IMG/VR virus record: IMGVR_UViG_3300028887_000105
Strand: one strand, 5' to 3'
Source of the DNA: a virus
Taxonomy: Duplodnaviria > Heunggongvirae > Uroviricota > Caudoviricetes
Length of the DNA stretch: 64,000 bases
A model generated the notes under the pieces. The model saw nothing but the letters and a program-made list of their open reading frames with translations. It did not search any database and was not told the origin of the DNA. The translations under genes and the position numbers were made by a program. This document shows positions 1-9,113 of this stretch, piece after piece. Numbering within the stretch: position 1 is the first letter of the stretch; each line of letters opens with the position of its first letter.

Positions 1-1
1 T

Positions 2-229
2 GTTGACCACGTTTGGAAAGAAATTTTCAATAAATTAAATGAAATTGGTTCCCAACTTGGGCATGATTTTTGTTACAATAAAACCATTGACCAGGACGAA
101 TTTCTTAAAGGAATGGAAAAGAACATTCATTACAGGGAGATCCTGGATGAGTTGATGTTAATCGCATTTAACAAAATAACTAATGCAAAATTAGGACAAG
201 ATTATAATGAAATTAAACAAAGAATATAA
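2..229 (+). CDS. hypothetical protein, 5' partial (runs off window start)
   Basis: open frame from window edge to TAA near 227-229; no motif recognised. Confidence 0.35.
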   Translation, partial: VDHVWKEIFNKLNEIGSQLGHDFCYNKTIDQDEFLKGMEKNIHYREILDELMLIAFNKITNAKLGQDYNEIKQRI

Positions 230-698
230 ACAATTAAACGTTAATAGTTTTGTTGGTACCAAGAAGAGACCAGACGGTATGTATGAGCAATTTATGGATT
301 ACGATGCCTTGAAAGGTAAAGTGGTTGATAAGGTTGCTTTTACAGATAGAGGATACTCTGATGAGAACCTGTTCATCATTATGTTTACCGACAAGACGTA
401 TATTGCTGTTGGTACCCATTATAAGGACCTGGATGCACATAATACCGAACCTCAATTGGAAAATTATTATGTGATGGATCCTAAATGTTGCAATAGTGGT
501 AATTACGAAAATCATTGTTGGGTTGACAGTGAAGGTAAGGTACATTTTGATGAATGGATTACCATTTTGAAAGACCTTGGCCTTTGGGAAATGGAGGATG
601 ATGAGGTCCTTAAGATTATTGAGGAAGACAAGAAGAAAGAAGAAGAGCGAGAGTATCAACAATACATTCGTTTGAAAGAAAAATTTGAAAAAAATTGA
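207..698 (+). CDS. hypothetical protein with acidic/Lys-rich C-terminus
   Basis: 163-aa ORF, ATG start, same-strand tiling. Confidence 0.55.
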   Translation: MKLNKEYKQLNVNSFVGTKKRPDGMYEQFMDYDALKGKVVDKVAFTDRGYSDENLFIIMFTDKTYIAVGTHYKDLDAHNTEPQLENYYVMDPKCCNSGNYENHCWVDSEGKVHFDEWITILKDLGLWEMEDDEVLKIIEEDKKKEEEREYQQYIRLKEKFEKN

Positions 699-709
699 TT
701 TCTGGATCA

Positions 710-827
710 GTTTGGCACGGTATTTGTAGGATAAAAGTGCGGGGGAAAATAGACATTTCACTCTCGCACTTTTGAAATTAATTAAAAAGTGTTACCTTTG
801 TAGCAGAAAATTAAAAAATAAGAAATT
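710..827 (+). promoter_or_regulatory. conserved upstream element copy 1: TGGCACG-N4-TTGTA core plus sigma-A-like -33 TTTG / -7 TAccTTTG module
   Basis: near-identical to 2969-3079 and 18975-19106; module B has TTTG-N18-TAccTTTG about 30 nt before ATG 828. Confidence 0.6.
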
Positions 828-1082
828 ATGAAGACTATTAAATTTAATGACATCAAAGTTGGTTCTATTGTAAAGGTTTATGACAGTTATATTGGACAGT
901 ATGCTGTTGGTATTGTTGAGGAAAAGAAGGAAGACTATACTGATAAAATGATCGGTGTACGTTTTGGTTTTTCTAATGATTTAAAGAATCCTAAGTTGCA
1001 ATACATTTGTGTTGAATACAAGGATCCTGACGATAAAAGAGATGTAACAATGACTGTTGATGAAATTATTGGTGAAGTTTAA
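828..1082 (+). CDS. small KVG-motif beta-domain protein
   Basis: 84 aa; IKVGSIVKV motif shared with ORFs at 7829, 13462, 63317 and repeats inside 25769. Confidence 0.55.
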   Translation: MKTIKFNDIKVGSIVKVYDSYIGQYAVGIVEEKKEDYTDKMIGVRFGFSNDLKNPKLQYICVEYKDPDDKRDVTMTVDEIIGEV

Positions 1083-1116
1083 AAATAGAATATAAAGAAT
1101 TAAAAAATAGAAAAAT

Positions 1117-1698
1117 ATGACAGTTTTAGAATTGATTAAAAAGGATCTTGAGGCAAAGGGTTTGCTCAAGAAGTACGTTATCCTGAAAAAGGATGAAAAG
1201 GGTTATTACATTGAGTATGCGTTCACCGAGGGTGCCCCGCACGACAACCGTTGTTTGTCTTGGTACAATTCTTATCAACCGAATGCGTATAAACGAAACG
1301 GATGGTTTAAAACTGCCGATGGTAAAGATCTTCCTGAAGAGGAAACCGCTGCTCGTCTTGACCAACTTCGTCGCGAACGTGAAAATAGAGTAGGCTTGAT
1401 TTTTGAGTTGTCTTCTTTTACTTGTGGTTATGAAGAAAATGAAGAAGAAGCGTTAAAGGAGTCTAAGAAGGCTTGGGATAAATTTTACCCAAATGATGAG
1501 TTTATTCCTGAGGATCATATCTGTAAGGTTGGGTGTCCGTCAAAGAGTTGCACCTGGTGTAAGAAAACGTGGACATATGAAGAGCCTGTAAAGTGTGCTT
1601 GCTGGTTCCTTGAGAATAAGGCTACAATGGAAGATTTTATTAACAATTACAAAATTACAATGCCTGCTGTAGAGTTGGTTAACTTCTTTAAAAATTAG
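1117..1698 (+). CDS. hypothetical protein, Cys-rich C-terminal half
   Basis: 193-aa ORF, ATG start; CKVGCPSKSCTWCKK cluster. Confidence 0.55.
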   Translation: MTVLELIKKDLEAKGLLKKYVILKKDEKGYYIEYAFTEGAPHDNRCLSWYNSYQPNAYKRNGWFKTADGKDLPEEETAARLDQLRRERENRVGLIFELSSFTCGYEENEEEALKESKKAWDKFYPNDEFIPEDHICKVGCPSKSCTWCKKTWTYEEPVKCACWFLENKATMEDFINNYKITMPAVELVNFFKN

Positions 1699-1703
1699 GA
1701 AAT

Positions 1704-1955
1704 ATGACACAGGAAGAAATAAAGAAAATGACTTGGCAAGTAGAGGCTGAACATAGTATCTACGATGCAGTACAAGATTGGGACTATCATAGGTTTGTTT
1801 GTCTCATGAAAGATAACACCATTCAGGTTTTTAGTGGAATGAACGACGAAACCTATAATGGTGAGATAAACACTCATATAGATTGTGTTAGTGACTATAG
1901 CCACTATAATACTGACGAAATTTTGATGTGGATTGAAGTGCCAGGAATCGGTTAA
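1704..1955 (+). CDS. hypothetical protein
   Basis: 83 aa; starts ATGACACAGGAAGAA (MTQEE start context). Confidence 0.5.
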   Translation: MTQEEIKKMTWQVEAEHSIYDAVQDWDYHRFVCLMKDNTIQVFSGMNDETYNGEINTHIDCVSDYSHYNTDEILMWIEVPGIG

Positions 1956-1978
1956 ATTTATTAGTAGCAATATTGATT

Positions 1979-2191
1979 ATGACATTTTTTGAAATTTTAG
2001 AAAGATTTAAGAACGGCGAAAAGATTCGCAGAGAATGTTGGGATAAGAATCTGTGGATGGAGTTCAATAAGAACTCAAATTTAAGTCGTCTGTATTCAAA
2101 ACAAGATTTTGGCATTAAACTTCTTAGTATTGATATCCATTATACCACCGACGATATAATGGCTGACGATTGGTGTATTTACGAACAATAA
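1979..2191 (+). CDS. hypothetical protein
   Basis: track ORF begins at TTG 1973; first ATG at 1979. Confidence 0.45.
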   Translation: MTFFEILERFKNGEKIRRECWDKNLWMEFNKNSNLSRLYSKQDFGIKLLSIDIHYTTDDIMADDWCIYEQ

Positions 2192-2204
2192 AATTTAGAA
2201 AATT

Positions 2205-2795
2205 ATGAGTTGTCATACTTGGGCTTATAGAAAAGTCAAAAATCAGGATTTTCCTGAATTTAAAAAAGACGTATTAGAACGTGTAACGAAGTGCTGGGAT
2301 TATATTCCTGAGGGTGTTGATCCATTTAAACACGTTGACGAAAAATACGCCAAACTTATGGAGGTTTACAAGCCTGAGGATATATTTACCAAGGAAGAAT
2401 TTACTGAGGAAATTCTTGGACAGTACCTTGGCCGTCGTCAGTTCGTTAAGGACCTGGAGGCGTGTGAAAGCCTGAAAGATTTCGTTAAGAAAGATATGGA
2501 AGTTGGAATGAACAGATATTATGACGGCATTAAATATATTTTCCGAGGCGAATCTTTGTACGTGGAATGTGGTAATGATGAACCTGTTCGTATCTACGGA
2601 TATCCTGTAGAACAGTTCACTGACGCTGAAGAGTTTATCAACTGGATTAAAAAGAAGGAATCCAAAGGTAAAACTATTTCCAGACTGTACGATGACAATT
2701 ACGGTTTCATTGACGGTATATGTGGTGAAATGGAAAAAGCCATTCGTGATTTTTGGGAGAAATACGATAACGAAGTATACATTGAATTTGGATAA
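2205..2795 (+). CDS. hypothetical protein
   Basis: 196-aa ORF, ATG start. Confidence 0.55.
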   Translation: MSCHTWAYRKVKNQDFPEFKKDVLERVTKCWDYIPEGVDPFKHVDEKYAKLMEVYKPEDIFTKEEFTEEILGQYLGRRQFVKDLEACESLKDFVKKDMEVGMNRYYDGIKYIFRGESLYVECGNDEPVRIYGYPVEQFTDAEEFINWIKKKESKGKTISRLYDDNYGFIDGICGEMEKAIRDFWEKYDNEVYIEFG

Positions 2796-2797
2796 TT

Positions 2798-2968
2798 ATG
2801 ACTGCAGAAGAATTATATAACAAACTTGAGGAATTAATCCTTAGTGGGTACGGTTCGTGTAAAGTACTTATGGAAGTACCCGATGAGACTGGGTTTGAAG
2901 AGGGTGCTGTAGCCAGTTACGCTGCTGAAGAAGTTGAGGCATATGACAAATATGTTATACTGAAATAA
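2798..2968 (+). CDS. small acidic hypothetical protein
   Basis: 56-aa ORF filling the gap before upstream element copy 2. Confidence 0.3.
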   Translation: MTAEELYNKLEELILSGYGSCKVLMEVPDETGFEEGAVASYAAEEVEAYDKYVILK

Positions 2969-3079
2969 GTTTGGCACGGTATTTGTAGGATAAATTGCGA
3001 GGGTCGATCAAACATTTCACTCTCGCAGTTTTGGAATTAATAAAAAAGTATTACCTTTGTGGTATAAAATTAAAAAATT
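2969..3079 (+). promoter_or_regulatory. conserved upstream element copy 2 (TGGCACG-N4-TTGTA core + sigma-A-like module)
   Basis: GTTTGGCACGGTATTTGTAGGATAAA ... CACTCTCGCAGTTTTGGAATTAATAAAAAAGTATTACCTTTGTGG directly upstream of ATG 3080. Confidence 0.6.
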
Positions 3080-3550
3080 ATGGATATTCAATTTATTGAC
3101 ATTACATCTTATAGAGGCATTTCCTCTAATGCAGAACATTATTACGCTAAGGTTGGTAAACCACAGCACACACAAGAATATTATCTCGTTAACTCAATTT
3201 GCGAGGTAAATGAAGGTGTGTGGTTTCAAGATGAGGAACACCTATTGTTTTATCCAACAAAGGAGGAGGCAACACAACTTTGGGAGAAGGATAATAAGTG
3301 GGATAAAAATGAGTTTGTTATCAAACATAAAGAAGACTCTATTATGGAAATGGTAGAAGATGGCACATATCGCTTCCCATCGATTATTGAGGTTGTTAAA
3401 GCAGCCAAGAAAAAGTTTCCAGATTCACTTCTGTGTTTTTCTTTGCAGCATAGCAGAAAAGAGTTTGCAAGGTGGCTTACTAAATGCTATGAAAACGAGA
3501 AAACTAAAGCATATGTGATTGAAGTTTTAGATATTATTGGAGTTAAATAA
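3080..3550 (+). CDS. hypothetical protein
   Basis: 156-aa ORF just downstream of conserved promoter element. Confidence 0.55.
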   Translation: MDIQFIDITSYRGISSNAEHYYAKVGKPQHTQEYYLVNSICEVNEGVWFQDEEHLLFYPTKEEATQLWEKDNKWDKNEFVIKHKEDSIMEMVEDGTYRFPSIIEVVKAAKKKFPDSLLCFSLQHSRKEFARWLTKCYENEKTKAYVIEVLDIIGVK

Positions 3551-3675
3551 TGAAAAAGCGTAAAGGAGAATATAAATTTTGGAAGAAACTCGGTTTCAAT
3601 TCCTATAAAGAATATAAGGAACACGAGGAATGGTACAGTGAAATACTGGACGATATGCACGGAGGTTATATTTAA
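3550..3675 (+). CDS. small basic hypothetical protein
   Basis: 41-aa ORF, ATGA overlap with upstream stop. Confidence 0.25.
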   Translation: MKKRKGEYKFWKKLGFNSYKEYKEHEEWYSEILDDMHGGYI

Positions 3676-3688
3676 AATTTAAATAATT

Positions 3689-4006
3689 ATGCGTTTAAAA
3701 ACATTATTAATTGATATACTTGGCAGGCTTGATGATGTTGTTAGTGGGTTAGATTTTGTTACATCAGGTAATATAGCACATCAACTTCCGTCTATCAAGA
3801 GTAAAGTAAAACAAATCATACAAGAGATAAACGAACATTTGCATGATGAACAATATGTTTATGTCGTTACTCGTTGTGAAGAACATAGTGATTATGTTGA
3901 AAAAGTTTTTATTTATCAAACTGCAGCCGAAAAATATTGCGAACAGTTTAACAATAACGAGGATGCATATCATCGTGACATAACTAAAATAAAATTAGAA
4001 TTATGA
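3689..4006 (+). CDS. hypothetical protein
   Basis: 105-aa ORF. Confidence 0.5.
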   Translation: MRLKTLLIDILGRLDDVVSGLDFVTSGNIAHQLPSIKSKVKQIIQEINEHLHDEQYVYVVTRCEEHSDYVEKVFIYQTAAEKYCEQFNNNEDAYHRDITKIKLEL

Positions 4007-4590
4007 CTTATACATTTACAAAAATACAACCCAAAGTACAGCCTAATGGGGAAAAGCCTAAGGCATACTGGCTATTCAAGCCTAAGACTGAGGAACAAAT
4101 AATGGAGCACTGGAAAAAGTACGCTGCTTCCACTATCAAAGAAGGTGCCAGAATCCTTGCCAATAAATTGGTAAAGGGTTACCAAGGACATTTTAGAAAT
4201 GACTTTGAAAGTGCCGTTGAGGTTTACCAAACATCGATGGGCGACAATCTTATTTCTTCAATGCTTAAAGTGGAAAACGAAACAATGAGTAATCGCCTTA
4301 GAGCGTTCCGTGAGGGTAGAAACATTTACCTTAATCACAGTATTCAAGTGGTTATGGCTGACAGTCGATTTGTTGACATTGTAGATACTGTAGAACGCGA
4401 CGTGCTTACTTTTCCAGATGAAGATAAACCAACAATAGATGATGTTAAGATCCTTGTTTGGGATGGTGGAACTCATTATTATGCCAAAATCGGTAAACTT
4501 GACATTGTTGACGAAAAGGGTAACCAGAAATGGAATACCAGGAAAGAAGCGGAAGACGCTGCTAAATGGTATATTGAAAAATATTGGTAA
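4003..4590 (+). CDS. hypothetical protein
   Basis: 195-aa ORF, ATGA overlap with upstream gene. Confidence 0.55.
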   Translation: MTYTFTKIQPKVQPNGEKPKAYWLFKPKTEEQIMEHWKKYAASTIKEGARILANKLVKGYQGHFRNDFESAVEVYQTSMGDNLISSMLKVENETMSNRLRAFREGRNIYLNHSIQVVMADSRFVDIVDTVERDVLTFPDEDKPTIDDVKILVWDGGTHYYAKIGKLDIVDEKGNQKWNTRKEAEDAAKWYIEKYW

Positions 4591-4594
4591 AATT

Positions 4595-4774
4595 ATGAGG
4601 GCATATAAAAACGACGATATATGTAAAAAATGTTATTGGGCGCACGCATTTAATTATCATAAATGCCATTACACGGTATCTATTGGTGATTATTTTAAGC
4701 CCGCTGTCAGTGGTAGAAAAGGGCTATCTAAAGATGGTTATTCTTGTAAATATTTTAGTGATAAAAAGAGTTAA
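4595..4774 (+). CDS. small Cys/His-rich protein
   Basis: track ORF 4439 overlaps upstream gene; first non-overlapping ATG at 4595; CKKCYWAH...HKCH. Confidence 0.4.
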   Translation: MRAYKNDDICKKCYWAHAFNYHKCHYTVSIGDYFKPAVSGRKGLSKDGYSCKYFSDKKS

Positions 4775-4779
4775 AAATT

Positions 4780-4983
4780 ATGACACTTAGAGAAACGATT
4801 AACAGACTTGAGAAGTTGTCTAAAAATGGGTTGAATGACAATTTGCCAGTTGTTATAAATGATGGTAAATCATGTTTTTATCCAGAAATAACGTCGGCAT
4901 ATATAAATCAGGAATCTGATTACAATTTTGATGAATCAAATTGTGGCCCAGACCAATGGGTTGAATTGAATGTTGAACAATAA
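4780..4983 (+). CDS. hypothetical protein
   Basis: 67-aa ORF. Confidence 0.45.
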   Translation: MTLRETINRLEKLSKNGLNDNLPVVINDGKSCFYPEITSAYINQESDYNFDESNCGPDQWVELNVEQ

Positions 4984-4994
4984 AATTTAGAATT

Positions 4995-5180
4995 ATGAAT
5001 AAAAAATATAAAGACAAATGTACAGATTGTCCATTTAATGATACTGAATGTCCTGGTGGTATGTGGTGTTCTATAAAAGAAAAAGAAGAAAACCTTTCAT
5101 ACTACAAAAGAAACCTTTCATACTACAAAAGAAAAGTAAAAGAAACCGAAGAAGAAATAAAGAAACTTAAAAATCTATAA
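4995..5180 (+). CDS. small Cys-containing protein with internal tandem duplication
   Basis: 61 aa; CTDCPF...CPGGMWC; 24-nt direct repeat encodes ENLSYYKR x2. Confidence 0.45.
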   Translation: MNKKYKDKCTDCPFNDTECPGGMWCSIKEKEENLSYYKRNLSYYKRKVKETEEEIKKLKNL

Positions 5181-5182
5181 TT

Positions 5183-6184
5183 ATGGATTACGAAAAATTA
5201 CATAAAGAAACACTTGAAAATCTTCAAGTTATGGTAAACGAGGGTAAGATTACCGAAAATGTTGCAAAAGGAATTTGTTCTGATTTCAAATTTGAAAGTG
5301 AGGATGAAAGAATAAGGAAAACATTAATGCACATAGTAAAAGGTGCTTGTGATAAATATGGCATAAAGTATCAAGAAAAAGAAATAACTGAAGAAAAATT
5401 ACTTTCTTGGCTTGAAAAGAAAGGCACTGAAAATACCGCAGAATTGCCCAATGGTGAAGACTATGGTATTGACGGTATGTATGCGGCTATTGATATTCTT
5501 ACAAGGACTTTGGGTGAAGTTGAAGGATATCAGTCTGACGATGGTATACTGGAGCATGAATGTGCGATCTCTGCTGTTAAGGCTTTGTATGAGCGAAAGC
5601 ATAATGGCTGGACAGAAGAGGATTCACACATAAAGGGTGCTATCATAGAATACTTGGTTGATAACAATCTTACAGAATGGGCAAATTGGTTGAATAATAC
5701 CATTATGTTGGGGTGTGGTGAGCCGTTTACTATTGAGCACGGTAAATTCTATTACTGTATCAAAGATTACTTCTCTGGTGGCCATAAACGTGCCTCTAAG
5801 GGTGATGTTGTTCAGGCGTTGAATGGACTAAGTATGATGGGTCTTACCAGCGAAAAGGCTGCAGTGTATTTCCGTCCAGTAAACAAGATTGAAGGTGATC
5901 CTTTGAAGTGGACTAAAGAGGATGAAATTTGTTTAACCAACACACTTATTATGATGAAAGAGTGTGCTGCACATCATTATACTAAAGAAACTGTAACTAG
6001 ATGTGTTAATTGGCTTAATGGTATTGAGGAGAAAGTAAAACATCAAACTCATTGGAAACCAACTATAGATCAAATGTATGCAATACAAACGGCAGTTAGT
6101 CACTTGGATAATACTCCTTTTTATGAAATAAAGGAGTTGAAGTCACTGCACGAAGATCTTAAAAAATTGGGTTATGAAGAATAA
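5183..6184 (+). CDS. hypothetical protein, N-terminal region homologous to the 25769 mosaic protein
   Basis: 333 aa; shares MDYEK..., ESEDE[KR]IRK, SWLEK[KQ]G and W[ST]KEDE.C with ORF 25769. Confidence 0.6.
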   Translation: MDYEKLHKETLENLQVMVNEGKITENVAKGICSDFKFESEDERIRKTLMHIVKGACDKYGIKYQEKEITEEKLLSWLEKKGTENTAELPNGEDYGIDGMYAAIDILTRTLGEVEGYQSDDGILEHECAISAVKALYERKHNGWTEEDSHIKGAIIEYLVDNNLTEWANWLNNTIMLGCGEPFTIEHGKFYYCIKDYFSGGHKRASKGDVVQALNGLSMMGLTSEKAAVYFRPVNKIEGDPLKWTKEDEICLTNTLIMMKECAAHHYTKETVTRCVNWLNGIEEKVKHQTHWKPTIDQMYAIQTAVSHLDNTPFYEIKELKSLHEDLKKLGYEE

Positions 6185-6377
6185 TACAATTTACCAGATT
6201 GGGACAAAAGTATGTAAAAAATCAGGAAAGCCATTTCTTTCTACATATAAGGTAAACACGATTAAAGACGTGGTTGAACACCCTTATAAGAAAGTTAATG
6301 GTATTCCTGTAAAGGCATACACATTTGTTGAGGATAACTCAATTGTCGAATGTTCAATATGTAAAATTTTTGTATAG
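6174..6377 (+). CDS. hypothetical protein
   Basis: 67-aa ORF overlapping upstream stop. Confidence 0.45.
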   Translation: MKNNTIYQIGTKVCKKSGKPFLSTYKVNTIKDVVEHPYKKVNGIPVKAYTFVEDNSIVECSICKIFV

Positions 6378-6379
6378 TT

Positions 6380-6661
6380 ATGACACAAGAAGAAAAAAAG
6401 CAGTTGAAAGAATTCATAACATATTATGAAAATGAAAATTTTTATCTGAAAAAGAATAATAATATTTTTGATGGAGATGACAAGAATGTGACCAAGAAGG
6501 TTTTGGATTTTATTATGGCTAATGAGGCATTGATTTTAGATTATTTTTCATTCAATGTTTTTTTGAAACCATTAATTAAAAAACTAGGAAAGAAGTTATT
6601 TAATTATGGCATGATAACTGCTGATGATTGCTTGTATTATATAAATATTAGTTTGAGATGA
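6380..6661 (+). CDS. hypothetical protein (MTQEE start)
   Basis: 93-aa ORF. Confidence 0.45.
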   Translation: MTQEEKKQLKEFITYYENENFYLKKNNNIFDGDDKNVTKKVLDFIMANEALILDYFSFNVFLKPLIKKLGKKLFNYGMITADDCLYYINISLR

Positions 6662-7059
6662 CACAGGAAGAAAAAGATTTATTGTTAAAAGACCTTTGTG
6701 CAAGGTTGCCATATGGTGTAATATGTGATAGATTAGAAAAGCCAAAGAAACTATTAGGGGTTTATCCAACTAAAAAATTCCCATTGGAGTTTGATAATGG
6801 GGAATATATGCCAAGTGACTATGAGTTAGAGGACATTAAGCCATATCTTCGTCCAATGTCAAGTATGACTGAGGAAGAGAAAGAAGAGTATATTCATATT
6901 AAACAAGGGGAATGCAATGGCTGTGTTCTTACAGGAAAAGGTGACCCAAATACAGAATTTTTATTGGTAGATTTTTTCAATACACACCATATAGATTATC
7001 GTGGTTTGATACCTATGGGACTTGCTCTTCCTGCACCAGAAGGAATGTATAAAAATTAA
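6658..7059 (+). CDS. member of the DLCARLPYGV / YLRPMSSMTEEE / HHFDYRGLIxxGLALEAP paralog family (isolated copy)
   Basis: 133 aa; motifs shared with five tandem copies at 60035-62314. Confidence 0.6.
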   Translation: MTQEEKDLLLKDLCARLPYGVICDRLEKPKKLLGVYPTKKFPLEFDNGEYMPSDYELEDIKPYLRPMSSMTEEEKEEYIHIKQGECNGCVLTGKGDPNTEFLLVDFFNTHHIDYRGLIPMGLALPAPEGMYKN

Positions 7060-7070
7060 AAAATTGGATT

Positions 7071-7355
7071 ATGAAAGTATTTGGTTGTAGAATGCATGGA
7101 GGCTACAGAGGAGGTGTAATTCTTGTTGCGGCCAATGATGTAAAGGAAGCATATATTACAGCATCAAAGAATAAAAAAATTAAATGGATGTTTGACTGCT
7201 ATTCTGAAGATGGCATTTGGATTGACCAAGATACACATCCTGATGTAATTCCTATATGTTATTTCTATCCTTTTAAAGAATGGCATGAGTATGAACATTT
7301 ATCCACAGACTTTACAACACCTCATGTAATTTTAGAAGAGAGTTATGTTGAATAA
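7071..7355 (+). CDS. hypothetical protein
   Basis: 94-aa ORF. Confidence 0.5.
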   Translation: MKVFGCRMHGGYRGGVILVAANDVKEAYITASKNKKIKWMFDCYSEDGIWIDQDTHPDVIPICYFYPFKEWHEYEHLSTDFTTPHVILEESYVE

Positions 7356-7425
7356 TTTCATCCTCCGCAATAGAATAATAAATAAAAACAATAAGAGTTA
7401 AACATCACGAAAAAGAAATATAATT

Positions 7426-7569
7426 ATGACACAAGAAGAAATTATTAGAAAAGAAGTCACCGAAGAAATTTATGCGTGGCTTAAAGGTTATGCCTGGGTT
7501 GATAGTGAAAGAGTAAACTATTCAACACTTATGCACGATTTTTTTAAAGATTTTCGTAAATATATGTGA
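7426..7569 (+). CDS. small hypothetical protein (MTQEE start)
   Basis: 47-aa ORF in gap. Confidence 0.3.
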   Translation: MTQEEIIRKEVTEEIYAWLKGYAWVDSERVNYSTLMHDFFKDFRKYM

Positions 7570-7571
7570 TT

Positions 7572-7832
7572 ATGATTAAGAAAAGAAAAATAGTAAAAAA
7601 TTACCATAAAAACGGTAGTGTTTCGTACACAATCAAATACAGAGTATGGCCCTTCTGGTTCACAGAAGAAGAAGATATGGGCTATTATACCGTGGTTTGT
7701 AAGGAAATTGGAAACCTTAGTGACGCAATCGCGATAATGGAACGATTGAATAAAAAAGAGGCTGAGTACGAGGCACAAAAAATCGTTAAAAGAGAACGAG
7801 TAACCATTAAAAAAGAAGACGTAAAAGTATGA
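7572..7832 (+). CDS. hypothetical protein
   Basis: track start 7566 is GTG; ATG at 7572. Confidence 0.45.
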   Translation: MIKKRKIVKNYHKNGSVSYTIKYRVWPFWFTEEEDMGYYTVVCKEIGNLSDAIAIMERLNKKEAEYEAQKIVKRERVTIKKEDVKV

Positions 7833-8083
7833 AAACAAAAGAACCAAAATATAAAGTAGGGGATGTCGTTAAATATCAACGTGCATATGACGATGGTAAC
7901 TCTTTTGGTATATTCCGAATAGACCGTATTGAGAAAGACCAATATGGTAGGTTCGTTTATTATAGAGATTATTCAGAATCCGTTCATTGTTTTATCTATG
8001 ATGAATATATCATTGGTAAGATGGACAATGAAGAGGAGTATGAATTATATTTGAAACTAAAAGAAAAATACGGAGACTTGTAA
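7829..8083 (+). CDS. small KVG-motif beta-domain protein
   Basis: 84 aa; YKVGDVVKY motif. Confidence 0.5.
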   Translation: MKTKEPKYKVGDVVKYQRAYDDGNSFGIFRIDRIEKDQYGRFVYYRDYSESVHCFIYDEYIIGKMDNEEEYELYLKLKEKYGDL

Positions 8084-8092
8084 TTATTAAAG

Positions 8093-8261
8093 ATGATCCA
8101 TATGAAAACAAAAAGTAAACTCGGTCTGATTAATAAAATAAAACTTAATTGGTTTGGCATTTGTCCAGAATGTGGTGCCAATGTTACATCATCCTGGTAC
8201 TCATTCTTGGATATGAAAGATGTGTGCAAATGTGATAAGTGTGGTTCTATGTATAAGTAAT
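8093..8261 (+). CDS. small Zn-ribbon protein
   Basis: 55 aa; CPECG...CKCDKCG. Confidence 0.3.
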
Positions 8262-8269
8262 TAGAAAAG

Positions 8270-8572
8270 ATGACGGTAAAAGAGAAAATAATTAAACGTC
8301 TTAACAAAGGTTTTGGGTTTGATATACCATTGGATGCAAATTGGAAAACCCACGATGCCAGGGGATATTATCGAAGTGCTGGTGCACATTCGTGGTATTT
8401 TGTTGATACGAGATTACCACTCAATCAGCATATTGGAAGTGCAGATGCAGCGACGGAATGTCTCAAATGGAAACGTTGGCTTATTGACACGTCAGAACGA
8501 GAAATTTTCCAATACGTAGAAGGGGTAACAACGTACGATAAGGAAAAAGATTTACTTGAAGAAATAGATTAA
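8270..8572 (+). CDS. hypothetical protein
   Basis: 100-aa ORF. Confidence 0.5.
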   Translation: MTVKEKIIKRLNKGFGFDIPLDANWKTHDARGYYRSAGAHSWYFVDTRLPLNQHIGSADAATECLKWKRWLIDTSEREIFQYVEGVTTYDKEKDLLEEID

Positions 8573-8585
8573 TTTTTATATAATT

Positions 8586-8763
8586 ATGAAGGGTAAAACT
8601 TTAATAATGAAAAACTGCGGAGAAAACTCCGAAGAATGGGAATATTTTGTTAAATCAAGAAACGCCCGTGGTAAAAAGGATTCATGGTGTAAAGCAGAAG
8701 CCAAACGCGCTTCTAGAAATATCCGTAGAAACAACAAAGTTAATTTAAACGATTATGGTAACT
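8586..8763 (+). CDS. small basic hypothetical protein
   Basis: 58-aa ORF in gap. Confidence 0.3.
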
Positions 8764-9111
8764 GAAGATTATGTTAGCCTTGAAACAGCAAAAGTGCTGA
8801 AAGAAAAAGGTTTTGATAATAATGATGCTCAAGCATGGTATAATCCAAATTCTGATGATCCAAATTATCCATCACCTGTTGGATTAAAAGGATGTTTATC
8901 GGCAATCACTCTTCAAATGGCTAGAAAGTGGTTAAAGAAAGAACATAATTTGTTCATTGCTCCCCAAATTAGTAAATATTGCCAATATTATTGTTCGGTA
9001 TTTGATTTAGAAAACGATGATTGGTGTTCTTGGGGTCTTGATGCAAAACTTTATGATACTGAAGAAGAAGCCATTGAAGAAACAATAAAAATCGCTTTAA
9101 AAAAAATTTAA
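8755..9111 (+). CDS. paralog family A protein (YVSxETAKxLKxxGFD ... LQMAxKWL..HNLFI)
   Basis: 118 aa; similar to ORFs at 48352 and 48783. Confidence 0.55.
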   Translation: MVTEDYVSLETAKVLKEKGFDNNDAQAWYNPNSDDPNYPSPVGLKGCLSAITLQMARKWLKKEHNLFIAPQISKYCQYYCSVFDLENDDWCSWGLDAKLYDTEEEAIEETIKIALKKI

Positions 9112-9113
9112 TT

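Noticed and set aside
710-730. Module A called as a bona fide sigma-54 promoter
   Set aside because: Spacing matches TGGCACG-N4-TTGC, but the invariant -12 GC is GT in every copy. No enhancer-binding-protein gene is present in the window. Kept as RpoN-like only.
234-761. Minus-strand ORFs (e.g. 234-761, 20229-20831, 32145-32732, 37158-37814) in the six-frame track
   Set aside because: All are fully embedded antisense to stronger + strand genes. They are low-complexity and Leu/Ile/Phe-rich from AT-rich antisense, with no promoter or start context; judged spurious.
5092-5139. 24-nt perfect direct repeat (AACCTTTCATACTACAAAAGAA x2), considered as CRISPR or repeat element
   Set aside because: Only two copies with no spacers. 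It lies in frame inside ORF 4995 and encodes a duplicated octapeptide; this is a coding tandem duplication.
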